A stretch of 64,000 bases of DNA, from positions 17,020-81,019 of the forward strand of contig JBDHSZ010000001.1 of assembly GCA_039812945.1 (NCBI GenBank). The letters run 5' to 3'. Under the pieces are notes generated by a model. The model was given only the letters and a program-made list of their open reading frames with translations. It ran no database searches and was not told the origin of the DNA. The DNA comes from Shinella sp. Lineage in GTDB: Bacteria > Pseudomonadota > Alphaproteobacteria > Rhizobiales > Rhizobiaceae. Position 1 is the first letter of the stretch, and each line of letters starts with the position of its first letter. This document shows, in pieces, positions 46,883 to 56,507 of this stretch. The position numbers were made by a program, and so were the translations under genes.

Positions 46883-48511
46883 CTATTGCTTGGAGATGGT
46901 CGTCAGGTCGAACCAGTGGCGCGGCGAGAGCACGAAGCCCTTGACGTCCGGCCGCACGGCATAGACGGCGCTCGCCGTGTAGTAGGAGGTGAAGGCCATG
47001 TCGTCGGCGATCACGTCGCGCACCTCGTGCAGCTTCGCGTCCATCGCCTCCTTGGAGGCCGCGCCGCGCGCTTCCGCCAGGAGCTGGTCGATCTTCGGGT
47101 TGTCATAGTAGCCCGAATTGCAGCAGTTCGGCGGCAGCGCGGTGGTCGGCACCACCTGGTCGAGCCAGGCGAAGGTGCTGTCGCCCCAGGAGGCCGAGGT
47201 CAGGCCCGTGCCCTCACGCATGCCGTTCGACATCATGTCCCAGAAGGTGTTGTTGTCGAACATCTCGATGCTGGCGCGGATGCCGACCTTCTCGAAGTCG
47301 CGCTGCAGCCATTCGGCATCGCCCTTGGTGTTGACGTCCGCGCCGGCGCCGAAGGTCCAGTCCATGCGCGTCTCGAAGCCGTCCGGATAGCCGGCTTCCG
47401 CCAGGAGCTTCTTGGCGCCCTCCGGATCGTATTCGCAATCCTTGTAGGCCGGGTCGTAGCCGGGGCCGTGCGGGCTCAGGACGCCGTAGGCGGGCGTCGC
47501 CAGTCCCTTGCGCTGGTATTTCGCCAGGTCATCGCGGTTGATCGCCATGCACATGGCCTTGCGCACGCGCACGTCCTTGAAATGCGGATCCTTCATGTTG
47601 ATCCACATCAGGTAGAACATCGGGCTGTTGCCGGAGACGATCTCGATGCCCTGCGCCTTCAGGAAGTCCAGCGAATCCGGCGAGGGCGTGCCGATGATGT
47701 CGACCTCGCCGCCGACCAGCGCCAGTTCGCGCGTCGCCACTTCCGCGATGCCGCGCAGCACGATCTGGTCGGCCTTGGGCCTCCGCGCCGGGTCCCAGTA
47801 ATCGTCGTTGCGGGCGATGACGAGCTTCTCGCCGACCACGCGCTCGACGAACTTGAACGGCCCGGTGCCGACCGGATGCTGCTCGATCTCGTCGTTGCCG
47901 TAGGTCTTCACCGCCGTCGGGCTGATCATGCGCGGCGCGCCGGAGCCGCCGGAGGTGAGCCGCCGCAGGAATTCGGCGTTCGGCTGCTTCAGGTTGATCC
48001 TGAACGTGTATTCGTCGACCACCTCGTAATTGTCGAGGTCCTGCCACATCCAGCCCATCAGGCCGGGCGAGAGCTTCTGGTGGAACTCGAAGTCCTTGTT
48101 GGTCATGCGGTCGAGGTTGAACTTCGCCGCCTCGGCGTTCCAGGGCGTGCCGTCGTGGAACTTCACGTCCTTGCGCAGGTGGAAGGTGTAGGACTTGCCG
48201 TCCTCGGAGATGTCCCAGCTCTCGGCCAGCGCCGGCACGAGCTCCGGCTCGACGTCGGGCCCCTTGGTCAGGTCCTCCTCGACGAAGGTCTCGAAGACGT
48301 GGCGCAGCACCTTGAAGGTGTTCCAGGTGCGCGAGGCATGCGGGTCGAGCCGGCTGAAGTCGGATTCGACGGCGAAGACGATGGTGTTGTCCGCCGCGAA
48401 GACCGGCGCCGTCGTCCCGCCGAGGACGAGGGCGAGCGCGGTGGCCGCCGCCGCGGCGAAGCCGGCGCGCCGGCGCGATGTCATGCGATGGGCAGTTGAT
48501 CTCATTTCCAT
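46883..48511 (-). CDS. ABC transporter substrate-binding protein, family 5
   Basis: LAESWDISEDGKSYTFHLRKDVKFHDGT, PVGTGPFKF; start 48511 or 48505. Confidence 0.92.
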   Translation of the reverse strand: MEMRSTAHRMTSRRRAGFAAAAATALALVLGGTTAPVFAADNTIVFAVESDFSRLDPHASRTWNTFKVLRHVFETFVEEDLTKGPDVEPELVPALAESWDISEDGKSYTFHLRKDVKFHDGTPWNAEAAKFNLDRMTNKDFEFHQKLSPGLMGWMWQDLDNYEVVDEYTFRINLKQPNAEFLRRLTSGGSGAPRMISPTAVKTYGNDEIEQHPVGTGPFKFVERVVGEKLVIARNDDYWDPARRPKADQIVLRGIAEVATRELALVGGEVDIIGTPSPDSLDFLKAQGIEIVSGNSPMFYLMWINMKDPHFKDVRVRKAMCMAINRDDLAKYQRKGLATPAYGVLSPHGPGYDPAYKDCEYDPEGAKKLLAEAGYPDGFETRMDWTFGAGADVNTKGDAEWLQRDFEKVGIRASIEMFDNNTFWDMMSNGMREGTGLTSASWGDSTFAWLDQVVPTTALPPNCCNSGYYDNPKIDQLLAEARGAASKEAMDAKLHEVRDVIADDMAFTSYYTASAVYAVRPDVKGFVLSPRHWFDLTTISKQ

Positions 48512-48531
48512 GGTTCCCTCTCTCTTCGTTG

Positions 48532-49512
48532 TCATTGTTGCGGCCGGTCGTAGAGATGGCAGGCGACGCGCCGTGCCCCCTCGATGCCGATGAGTTGCGG
48601 CGCCTGCCGGCAGCGCTCGAAGCGGTCGGCGCAGGTGCCGGCATAGATACAGCCCGCCCCGCCCTGCCCCGTGGCGCTTTCGAGGTCCTCGGCCCGCTCG
48701 GCCGCCCGCTCCCAGCGGTCGTCCTTGCGCACATGCAGCACCGTGCCGAGGAAATCGCGGGTGAAGGGGTGCTTCGGGTCGCGGTAGACCTCCTCGCTCG
48801 TGCCGGTCTCCAGCATGCAGCCGCGATACATCACCACCGTGCGGTCGCAGAACTGCTTGACGATCTTCAGGTCGTGCGAGACGAAGAGGAAGGTGAGGTT
48901 CAGCTTCTTCTGCAGCTCCAGCAGGAGGTTGAGGATCTGCGCCTGGATCGACACGTCGAGCGCCGAGACCGGCTCGTCGAGGAACAGGAATTCCGGCTCC
49001 AGCGCCAGCGCGCGGGCGATGGCGATGCGCTGGCACTGGCCGCCGCTATATTCGTGCGGATAGCGGTAGGACTGGCGCGGATCGAGGCCGACCAGCTCCA
49101 GCAGCTCGTCCACCCGCCGGTTCGCCGCCGCCGGCGCGACGCCGAAATTCAGCAGCGGCCGGGCGATGTTCTCCGCCACGGTGCGGCGCGGGTTCAGCGA
49201 TTGCAGCGGGTCCTGGAAGACGATCTGCAGGCGCTTGCGATAATGCCGCATCGCCTCCGGCGAGAGCGTGCGCAGATCCGTGCCGTCATAGAGGATCGCG
49301 CCGCTGTCCGGCTCGATCAGCCGCAGGATCATCCGCCCGAGCGTCGACTTGCCCGAGCCGGAGCCGCCGACGCAGCCGAGGATCTCGCCCTTGCGGATGG
49401 TCAGGCTGACATTGTCGACCGCCTTCGTGCTCGCCGCCGCCTTGCGCAAGAGGGCGCCGCGCCGGACGGTGAAGGTCTTGCTGACCCCGCGCACCTCGAT
49501 GAGGCCGGTCAT
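48532..49512 (-). CDS. Dpp/Opp-type ABC ATP-binding protein (DppF-like)
   Basis: GGSGSGKST, YSGGQCQR, LDEPVSALD. Confidence 0.92.
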   Translation of the reverse strand: MTGLIEVRGVSKTFTVRRGALLRKAAASTKAVDNVSLTIRKGEILGCVGGSGSGKSTLGRMILRLIEPDSGAILYDGTDLRTLSPEAMRHYRKRLQIVFQDPLQSLNPRRTVAENIARPLLNFGVAPAAANRRVDELLELVGLDPRQSYRYPHEYSGGQCQRIAIARALALEPEFLFLDEPVSALDVSIQAQILNLLLELQKKLNLTFLFVSHDLKIVKQFCDRTVVMYRGCMLETGTSEEVYRDPKHPFTRDFLGTVLHVRKDDRWERAAERAEDLESATGQGGAGCIYAGTCADRFERCRQAPQLIGIEGARRVACHLYDRPQQ

Positions 49513-50504
49513 TGCACGGCTCCCGTCTCGGCGAGGTGGCAGCGCACCATGCGGCCCGCGCCGACTTCGCGCCATTCCGGCACCTTCTCGTGACAGAGCG
49601 CCACCGCCTCGTTGCAGCGCGGCGCGAAGCGGCAGCCCTTCGGCGGCGACAGGAGGTTCGGCGGCTCGCCCCGGATGAAGCTCATCTCCTCGATGGCCTG
49701 GTCGGGATCGGGGATCGAGGCGATCAGCGCCCTCGTATAGGGATGGCGCGGCGCGGACAGCACGTCGTCCACCGCGCCCTCCTCCTGCACATGGCCGCCA
49801 TACATGACGAGGACGCGGGTGGCGATGGCCCGCACCACGCCCATGTCATGGGTGATGATGATGATCGGCAGGCCGGTCTCGCGGCTGCGCTTCTTCAGGA
49901 GCAGCAGGATCTTCGCCTGCACGCCGACATCCAGTGCCGTGGTCGGCTCGTCGGCGATCAGCAGCTTGGGATCGCAGGCCAGCACCATGGCAAGGCCGAT
50001 GCGCTGGCACATGCCGCCGCTGAGCTGGTGCGGGTAGCTCGCCAACACCCGCGCCGTATCGGGAAAGCCGACCTCCTGGAGCGCCCGCGTCGCCACCTCC
50101 AGCGCCGCCGCGCGGGATAGGCCTTTGCCGTGGTGCATCAGCGTCTCGATCAACTGGAACTCGATGGTGAAGGACGGATCGAGCGAGGCGCGCGGGTTCT
50201 GGAAGATCATGCCGATCTGCCGGCCGCGCACGCTCTCCATCGCCGCCTCGTCGAGCTGCAGGATATCGGTGCCCTCGATCTCGATGGACCCGCCGAGATA
50301 GCGGCCGGGCGGCGTGCTGATCAGCTTGATCAGCGACAGCGCGGTCACCGTCTTGCCCGAGCCGGATTCGCCGATGATGGCGAGCACCTCGTTGCGGTGA
50401 AGGTCGAAGCTGACATTGTCGACGGCGACGGCGGTGCCGGCGGGCGTTGCGAAACCGGTTCGCAGATTACGCACCTTGAGCACGGGTTGGCCGGCATTCT
50501 CCAT
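49509..50504 (-). CDS. Dpp/Opp-type ABC ATP-binding protein (DppD-like)
   Basis: GESGSGKT, LSGGMCQR, GCRFAPRC. Confidence 0.93.
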   Translation of the reverse strand: MENAGQPVLKVRNLRTGFATPAGTAVAVDNVSFDLHRNEVLAIIGESGSGKTVTALSLIKLISTPPGRYLGGSIEIEGTDILQLDEAAMESVRGRQIGMIFQNPRASLDPSFTIEFQLIETLMHHGKGLSRAAALEVATRALQEVGFPDTARVLASYPHQLSGGMCQRIGLAMVLACDPKLLIADEPTTALDVGVQAKILLLLKKRSRETGLPIIIITHDMGVVRAIATRVLVMYGGHVQEEGAVDDVLSAPRHPYTRALIASIPDPDQAIEEMSFIRGEPPNLLSPPKGCRFAPRCNEAVALCHEKVPEWREVGAGRMVRCHLAETGAVQ

Positions 50505-50977
50505 CGCTTCTCCCCCTTAAGCGGTGTGGTCCTGTCTGGGCACGGCGTAACGTCACATGCATGCAATTTTCCGTCAATATCGCTTTCGTAAAAAAGAAAT
50601 TATTTCATGCAAGTGTGAGAAAGCCGGCTTTTGCCCTGCCAACCGTGGAGGGCCGAGGGATCGTCATGAAGGGCGAAGCCTCTAATTATACAGCGGATTT
50701 CATTGGAATTTTTCGATGGCCCGGGCGTCGGGCCTCATGGCGTGACGGCGGCGGCGCATTCTTCGACATGCACGAGGAATCCCGTTCAGCAGGAAAAGGC
50801 GGAAAGATTTTCCGCGATATGTGCATGCAATATATCTCGCAGATTGCAGTCTCTCGCCAGGCTCGAGCGCACGGAAGTGAACGCCGCCCCTTCTCAGAGG
50901 TGGGTAACCTGCCGCTTACGGACAGGCGACGCCGGCCCACCGCACGGGCGGGAGCCTGCCTTCTGCGGCGGGCGGAT

Positions 50978-51895
50978 TCAGGCTGGCGGCGCGGCGGGGC
51001 GCAGGCGCGCCGACAGACGGTGGATATGGGCGGCGCCGACGCCGCAGCAGCCGCCGATCATCGTCGCGCCGCTCTCGGCCCAGTCGCAGGCGAAGGCGGC
51101 ATAGCGCTCGGCGGAAAGGTCGTCGCGGATGGCGTGCAGCGTCTCGTTGGCCGCGCCGTCCTCCTCCTCGACGAAGGCATTGGCGTAGACGCCGATCTCC
51201 ACGGCGCGGCCTTCGCCGGCAAGAACGCCGGCCGCCGTCGCCACGGCCTGGCGCATCACCTCCGGCCGGCTGCAGTTGAACAGGAGCGCCGAGGCGCCGG
51301 CCCCGGCCGCCCAGCGCGCCGCCTCGGCGACGCTCTCGCCCGAGCGCAGCGCGGCGGGCCGGTCCTCGGCGCCGGATGCGTCGTCGAGCGTGAAGGAGAT
51401 CCAGAACGGCTTGCCCGTGCCGGCCACCGCGCGGCGCACCGCCTCGCCCTCGGCGATCAGGCTCAGCGTCTCGCCGAGCCAGACGTCGACGAAGGGCGCA
51501 AGCTCCTCCACCAGCACGGAAAGATAATCCTGCACGCGATCCGGCTGGAACAGGTCGGGCTCGTAGGAGCCGAAGATCGGCGGCAGCGAGCCGGCGACGC
51601 GCACCGCCCGTCCCTCCGCCGCGTCGGCCGCCTCGCGCGCCAATTGCCCGGCGAGCGCGATCAGCCGGCGCCCCTGCGAGTAGAACCGCGCCTCGCCGAT
51701 ATGGAACGGCACCAGCGCATAGCTGTTGGTGGTGACGACATCCGCGCCGGCCGCGATGAATTCGTCATGCACGCGGCGGACGATGGCCGGGCTTTCCATC
51801 AGCGCCAGCGCCGACCATTCCGGCTGCTTCAGCACCGCGCCGAGCCGCGTCAGTTCGCGGCTCATGCCGCCGTCGAGAATGGTGATGGCTGTCAT
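50978..51895 (-). CDS. Homocysteine S-methyltransferase family protein
   Basis: ILDGGM, LFNC, IGGCCG zinc ligands. Confidence 0.92.
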   Translation of the reverse strand: MTAITILDGGMSRELTRLGAVLKQPEWSALALMESPAIVRRVHDEFIAAGADVVTTNSYALVPFHIGEARFYSQGRRLIALAGQLAREAADAAEGRAVRVAGSLPPIFGSYEPDLFQPDRVQDYLSVLVEELAPFVDVWLGETLSLIAEGEAVRRAVAGTGKPFWISFTLDDASGAEDRPAALRSGESVAEAARWAAGAGASALLFNCSRPEVMRQAVATAAGVLAGEGRAVEIGVYANAFVEEEDGAANETLHAIRDDLSAERYAAFACDWAESGATMIGGCCGVGAAHIHRLSARLRPAAPPA

Positions 51896-52104
51896 CGGCT
51901 GGCTTTCCTTCATTCACGGATCGATTGGACGGCGTCGATCTATAGCATTCCCGCGCACCGGAATGCACCGGAATTGCTCCATTTTCCGGTGGAGACCGGC
52001 GAGCGCTCCTCGATGAACGCCGCCATATCTCCGTCTCATCGGCAGCGGCGAAGACGTCCTGCGAGTCCATTTCGGCGAAATCGTTCAATGCCGGCGGGCA
52101 GCCG

Positions 52105-54546
52105 TCACCCCCTCACCCGCGCGGCCGAGGGATCGTAGAGCGGTTCGAGGTGGATCCTCGCCGGCGTGCGGTCCATCGCAACGACGAGCTCGTAGTCGCC
52201 GCCCCTCAGGAAGCCCTCGTCGACGCCCTCTGCGCGGCGCACATAGCCGTAGCCGATGGCCTTGCCGAGCGTGTGGCCATGGCCGCCGCTGGTGAGATAG
52301 CCGACGGGCTCGCCGTTCCTGAGGATGGTTTCGCGGCCGAGCAGGACGATTGCCGGGTCATCCACCGTGAAGCCGGCGAAGGCTTTTCCCGGCGGCGCGC
52401 CCCGTGCCGCCTCTAGCGCCCGGCGGCCGAGGAAATCGCTGGGCTTGCGCAGCTTCACCGCCCAGCCGAGGCCGGCCTCGAAGGGCGTGTCGTTCGGCGT
52501 GATATCGGAACCCCAGGCGCGGTAGCCCTTTTCGAGGCGCAGCGATTCCAGCGCGCGGTAGCCGACCGGCCGGATGGCGAAGGGCGCGCCCGCCGTCATC
52601 AGCGCATCGAAGATAGCGCCGACGGCATCGATCGGCGCGTGCAGTTCCCAGCCGAGCTCGCCGACATAGGTGACGCGCAAGGCCCGCACGGCATGGCCGG
52701 CAATCGCGATCTCCCGCACATGGCCGAAGGGGAAGCCGGCATTGGAGACATCCGCGTCGGTCACCGCCGAAAGCACGACGCGCGCCCTCGGCCCCATCAG
52801 CGACAGCGTGCCGAAATCCTCCGTCACATCGGTAAGCGCCACGTCGAGGCCGGCGGGAATGTGGTCGGCGATCCAGCCGAGATCGTGGGTGCGGAAACCC
52901 GTTCCCGTGACGATGTAGAAGGTCTCCTCGGAAAGCCGCGCGACCGTCAGGTCCGCCTCGATGCCGCCGCGGCTGTTGAGGAGCTGGGTATAGGTGAGCC
53001 GGCCGGGCGGCCTGTCGATGTCGTTGGCGCAGAGCCAGTCGAGCGCCTTCAGCGCATCCGGCCCGGTCATCGCGTATTTGGCGAAGGAGGACTGGTCGAA
53101 GAGACCGACGGCCTCGCGCACGTGGCGATGCTCCTCGCCCACCGCATCGAACCAGTTCGGCCGGCCCATCGAATAGACGTCCTTCGCCTCCATGCCGGCC
53201 GGCGCGAACCAGTTCGGCCGCTCCCAGCCGAGCTTCGAGCCGAAGACCGCGCCCTGCGCCTTCAGCCGCCCGTAGAGCGGCGAGACGATGCGCGGGCGGC
53301 CGCTGTCGTATTCCTCGTGCGGGAAGGCGATCGCGTAGTGCCTGCCGTAGGCTTCCAGCGTGCGGTGGAGCACCCATTGCCGGTCGCGATGCAGGCCGGA
53401 GAAACGGCGGATATCGACAGCCCAGAGATCGAGCGGCGCTTCGCCCTCGACCACCCATTGCGCCAGCACCCAGCCCGCCCCTCCCCCGGAGGCGATGCCG
53501 AAGGCGTTGAAGCCGGCCCCGACGAACATGTTGGCGCATTCCGGCGCGACGCCGAGGATGAAGTTGCCGTCCGGCGTGAAGCTCTCCGGCCCGTTGACCA
53601 TCTGCCGGACGCCGACCGTCTCCAGCGCCGGCACGCGGGCGATGGCCTCGACCATATGCTGCTCGAAATGATCGAAATCGTCGTCGAACAGCCGATAGGC
53701 CCAGTCGTCCGGCACGTCGCCGGTCGTCCAGGGCTGCGGGTTCGGCTCGTAGCCGCCCATCACCAGCCCGCCGACCTCCTCCTTGAAATAGGTGCGGCGG
53801 TCGGGATCGCGGACGGTCGGCGCGTCCGTGGCGAGGCCCGGCACCTTCTCCGTGACGATATACTGGTGCTTGACCGGCTGCAGCGGCACGTTGATGCCCG
53901 CCATCGCCCCGACCTGCCGCGCCCATTGGCCGGCGCAGTTGACCACCTTCTCGCAGGCGATGTCGCCTAGCGTGGTGCGCACGCGGCTTATGCGGCCGTC
54001 CTCCATGTCGAAACCGGTGACGCGCACGTTCTCGACGATCCGCGCGCCGTGCATGCGCGCGCCGCGGGCGAGCGACTGGGTGATGTCAGAGGGGCTCGCC
54101 TGCCCGTCCGTCGGCAGCCAGCTCGCGCCGACGAGGTCGCCGACCTCCATCAGCGGCCACATCGCCTTCACCTCCTGCGGCGTCAGCAGGTGCATGTCCA
54201 TGCCGAAACTCCTTGCCGTGGTGGCGAGGCGGCGGAACTCGGTCCAGCGATCCCTATTGGTGGCAAGGCGCAGGCATCCCGTCATCTTCCAGCCGGTGGC
54301 AAGGCCCGTCTCGGCCTCGAGCCCCTTGTAGAGGTCGACGGAGTATTTCAGCACGCGGGTGATCGACGCCGAGGAGCGCAACTGGCCGACCAGGCCCGCC
54401 GCATGCCAGGTCGAGCCCGAGGTCAGCGTGCCCTGTTCCAGGAGGATGACGTCCGCCTTGTGATCGCGCGCCAGGTGATAGGCCGTCGAGCAGCCGATGA
54501 TGCCGCCGCCGATGACGACGATCCCGGCATGGGAGGGCAGGGTCAT
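52105..54546 (-). CDS. GcvT-family FAD-dependent oxidoreductase (sarcosine/dimethylglycine dehydrogenase-like)
   Basis: IGGGIIGCS, SGSTWHAAG (covalent FAD His), NGPESFTPDG, SLRLEKGY. Confidence 0.93.
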   Translation of the reverse strand: MTLPSHAGIVVIGGGIIGCSTAYHLARDHKADVILLEQGTLTSGSTWHAAGLVGQLRSSASITRVLKYSVDLYKGLEAETGLATGWKMTGCLRLATNRDRWTEFRRLATTARSFGMDMHLLTPQEVKAMWPLMEVGDLVGASWLPTDGQASPSDITQSLARGARMHGARIVENVRVTGFDMEDGRISRVRTTLGDIACEKVVNCAGQWARQVGAMAGINVPLQPVKHQYIVTEKVPGLATDAPTVRDPDRRTYFKEEVGGLVMGGYEPNPQPWTTGDVPDDWAYRLFDDDFDHFEQHMVEAIARVPALETVGVRQMVNGPESFTPDGNFILGVAPECANMFVGAGFNAFGIASGGGAGWVLAQWVVEGEAPLDLWAVDIRRFSGLHRDRQWVLHRTLEAYGRHYAIAFPHEEYDSGRPRIVSPLYGRLKAQGAVFGSKLGWERPNWFAPAGMEAKDVYSMGRPNWFDAVGEEHRHVREAVGLFDQSSFAKYAMTGPDALKALDWLCANDIDRPPGRLTYTQLLNSRGGIEADLTVARLSEETFYIVTGTGFRTHDLGWIADHIPAGLDVALTDVTEDFGTLSLMGPRARVVLSAVTDADVSNAGFPFGHVREIAIAGHAVRALRVTYVGELGWELHAPIDAVGAIFDALMTAGAPFAIRPVGYRALESLRLEKGYRAWGSDITPNDTPFEAGLGWAVKLRKPSDFLGRRALEAARGAPPGKAFAGFTVDDPAIVLLGRETILRNGEPVGYLTSGGHGHTLGKAIGYGYVRRAEGVDEGFLRGGDYELVVAMDRTPARIHLEPLYDPSAARVRG

Positions 54547-55454
54547 GTGCTGGGTTTCCCGTATGTCGTTCTGTAATGATCGAGCGCCGTTTCGAGCCGC
54601 CCGAGATTGTCCGCCGTATAGCCGGCATAGTCGGCGCCCGGCGCGGCGAGATGCAGCTCCGACACCATGCTCCACATGGCCTCGCGCAGCAGCGAGGCGC
54701 ATTGCATGGCGGCGTGCGCGCGGCGGATCGCCGGATCCGGCGTCCCACCGAAATAGGCGGCGAGGAAATCCTCCGCCTCCTCCGGCGAGAATCCCGCATT
54801 GGAGGTGGCGCCGGCAAGGTCGAACATGGCGGTGGAGAAGCCGGCATATTCGAAATCGATCAGCCAGAGCCGCTCGCCGTCGTCGAGGATATTGGCGGGC
54901 AGCAGGTCGTTATGGCCGAAGACGATGGGAAGCGGCGCCTGCGCCGCTTCCAGCTCCCGCGCCAGCGCCAGATAGTCCGGCAGATGCGCCGCCATGCGGC
55001 TACCGCCTGCGGCGAGCGTGCGGGCATAGTCGCGCACCACATGGAAGGGCCAGAAGAGGAAGGCCGCGCCGCTGACCTCGGCGGGCATTTCGGTGTGGAA
55101 ACGGCGCAGCAGGTCCGCCACGCGGCGTCGTTCGGCAACGACGTCCCCGGCCCCGTAGGTCTTCGCCCCGAGATAGGCCGAGACCATGACGCCCGGCTCG
55201 GCATAACGCACTTCCGGCCCGAAACCCGCCGCATGCGCCGCCCGCGCCGTCATCAATTCCCGGTCGCGGAAGACATGGTGGAAAGGATAGTCCCTGCCGA
55301 AACGCACGACATGCCGGCCGGCCCCGTCCGTCACCAGGTAGCTCTCGTTGCTGATGCCGCCCGTCAGGGGCGCGATGTCGATGCGTCCGCGCCAGCAGGG
55401 CAAGGCCCGGATACGGTCTTCCACGGCGCGGCCGGGCGCGATCTGCCCCTCCAT
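54543..55454 (-). CDS. Choline/ethanolamine kinase family (APH-like) phosphotransferase
   Basis: GGISNESY, HNDLLPANIL, IDFEYAG. Confidence 0.9.
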   Translation of the reverse strand: MEGQIAPGRAVEDRIRALPCWRGRIDIAPLTGGISNESYLVTDGAGRHVVRFGRDYPFHHVFRDRELMTARAAHAAGFGPEVRYAEPGVMVSAYLGAKTYGAGDVVAERRRVADLLRRFHTEMPAEVSGAAFLFWPFHVVRDYARTLAAGGSRMAAHLPDYLALARELEAAQAPLPIVFGHNDLLPANILDDGERLWLIDFEYAGFSTAMFDLAGATSNAGFSPEEAEDFLAAYFGGTPDPAIRRAHAAMQCASLLREAMWSMVSELHLAAPGADYAGYTADNLGRLETALDHYRTTYGKPST

Positions 55455-55655
55455 CCACTCCCCCCGACATTGCGCGCGGCTTCTTGCCCGGTTGTTCTTG
55501 TCGAGGCCGCGATGATTTCCATGTCACGCCGGACAGGCGCGGCTGTCAATTCCAGTCTGTGGCTTTTTCTGTCTTTCCGCCCGTTTTTGCGGCTTTCTTG
55601 CCAGGTGGCGTCCGACGGATTATGAAACAGGGAGTGTTCCGCGGATCGCAGAGAG

Positions 55656-56417
55656 ATGAACCCTTCCAAGCGCCACAGCGATATCCTCCGGCTTCTCCAG
55701 CAGGACGGCACGGTCTCCATCGCGGACCTCGCCAAAAGGCTCGACGTCTCCCTGGAAACGGTACGGCGGGATATCAAGCCGCTGACCGCCAGCGGCGCCG
55801 TGGTGAAGATGCACGGCGCGGTGGCGCTTGCCTCGGTCGTCGGCGAGGCGCCGTTCGAGAAGCGCATGCGCGAGAACGCCGAGGCCAAGAAGGCCATCGC
55901 CGTCGCCGTGGCGGCGACGATCCGCGACGGCGATTCCATCATGCTCGATACCGGCACGACGACGAGCTATCTCGCCCGCGAGCTGCTCGGCCATCGGCGG
56001 CTGACGGTGGTCACCAATTCCTCCGACATCGCCCGCACCCTGTCGACGGTCAACGGCAACCGCGTCTACATGGCCGGCGGCGAGCTGCGCAGCGACAACG
56101 GCGCGGCATTCGGCGTTTCCGCCATCGAATTCATCAGCCATTTCACCGTCGGCCATGCCGTCATCACGACGGGCGCCATCGACGCGGCGATCGGCATCAT
56201 GGACTACGATCTCGACGAGGCCGAATTCGCCCGCGCCGTCGTCTCGCGCGGCAAGCGGGCCATCGTCGTCACCGACCACAGCAAGTTCGGCCGGCAGGGC
56301 CTGGTGCGCGTCTGCGCCTTCGATGCACTCACCGACCTCTTCACCGAGAAGGCCCCTCCCCGCGATATTTCCGCCGCGCTGAAATCTGCCGGCGTCGCCG
56401 TCACCCTCGCCGGCTGA
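55656..56417 (+). CDS. DeoR/GlpR family transcriptional regulator
   Basis: VSLETVRRDI, LDTGTT, VVTNS, DHSKF. Confidence 0.93.
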   Translation: MNPSKRHSDILRLLQQDGTVSIADLAKRLDVSLETVRRDIKPLTASGAVVKMHGAVALASVVGEAPFEKRMRENAEAKKAIAVAVAATIRDGDSIMLDTGTTTSYLARELLGHRRLTVVTNSSDIARTLSTVNGNRVYMAGGELRSDNGAAFGVSAIEFISHFTVGHAVITTGAIDAAIGIMDYDLDEAEFARAVVSRGKRAIVVTDHSKFGRQGLVRVCAFDALTDLFTEKAPPRDISAALKSAGVAVTLAG

Positions 56418-56455
56418 GTTGCCCGCGGTAAACCGGCGGCCCGGGACCGAGAAAC

Positions 56456-56491
56456 GGAAGAAGGGGCGCCCCAGGACGCCCCTCCCCTTCC
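56456..56491. terminator. Stem-loop between convergent deoR and tctA genes
   Basis: AGGGGCG...CGCCCCT stem with purine/pyrimidine-rich flanks. Confidence 0.5.
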
Positions 56492-56507
56492 CCGCGGGTT
56501 TGCCCCG

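Noticed and set aside
51896-52104. SAM-II riboswitch upstream of the homocysteine methyltransferase
   Set aside because: Could not find the GATTT...GCTAAA consensus elements on the minus strand; an Infernal/Rfam scan would be decisive.
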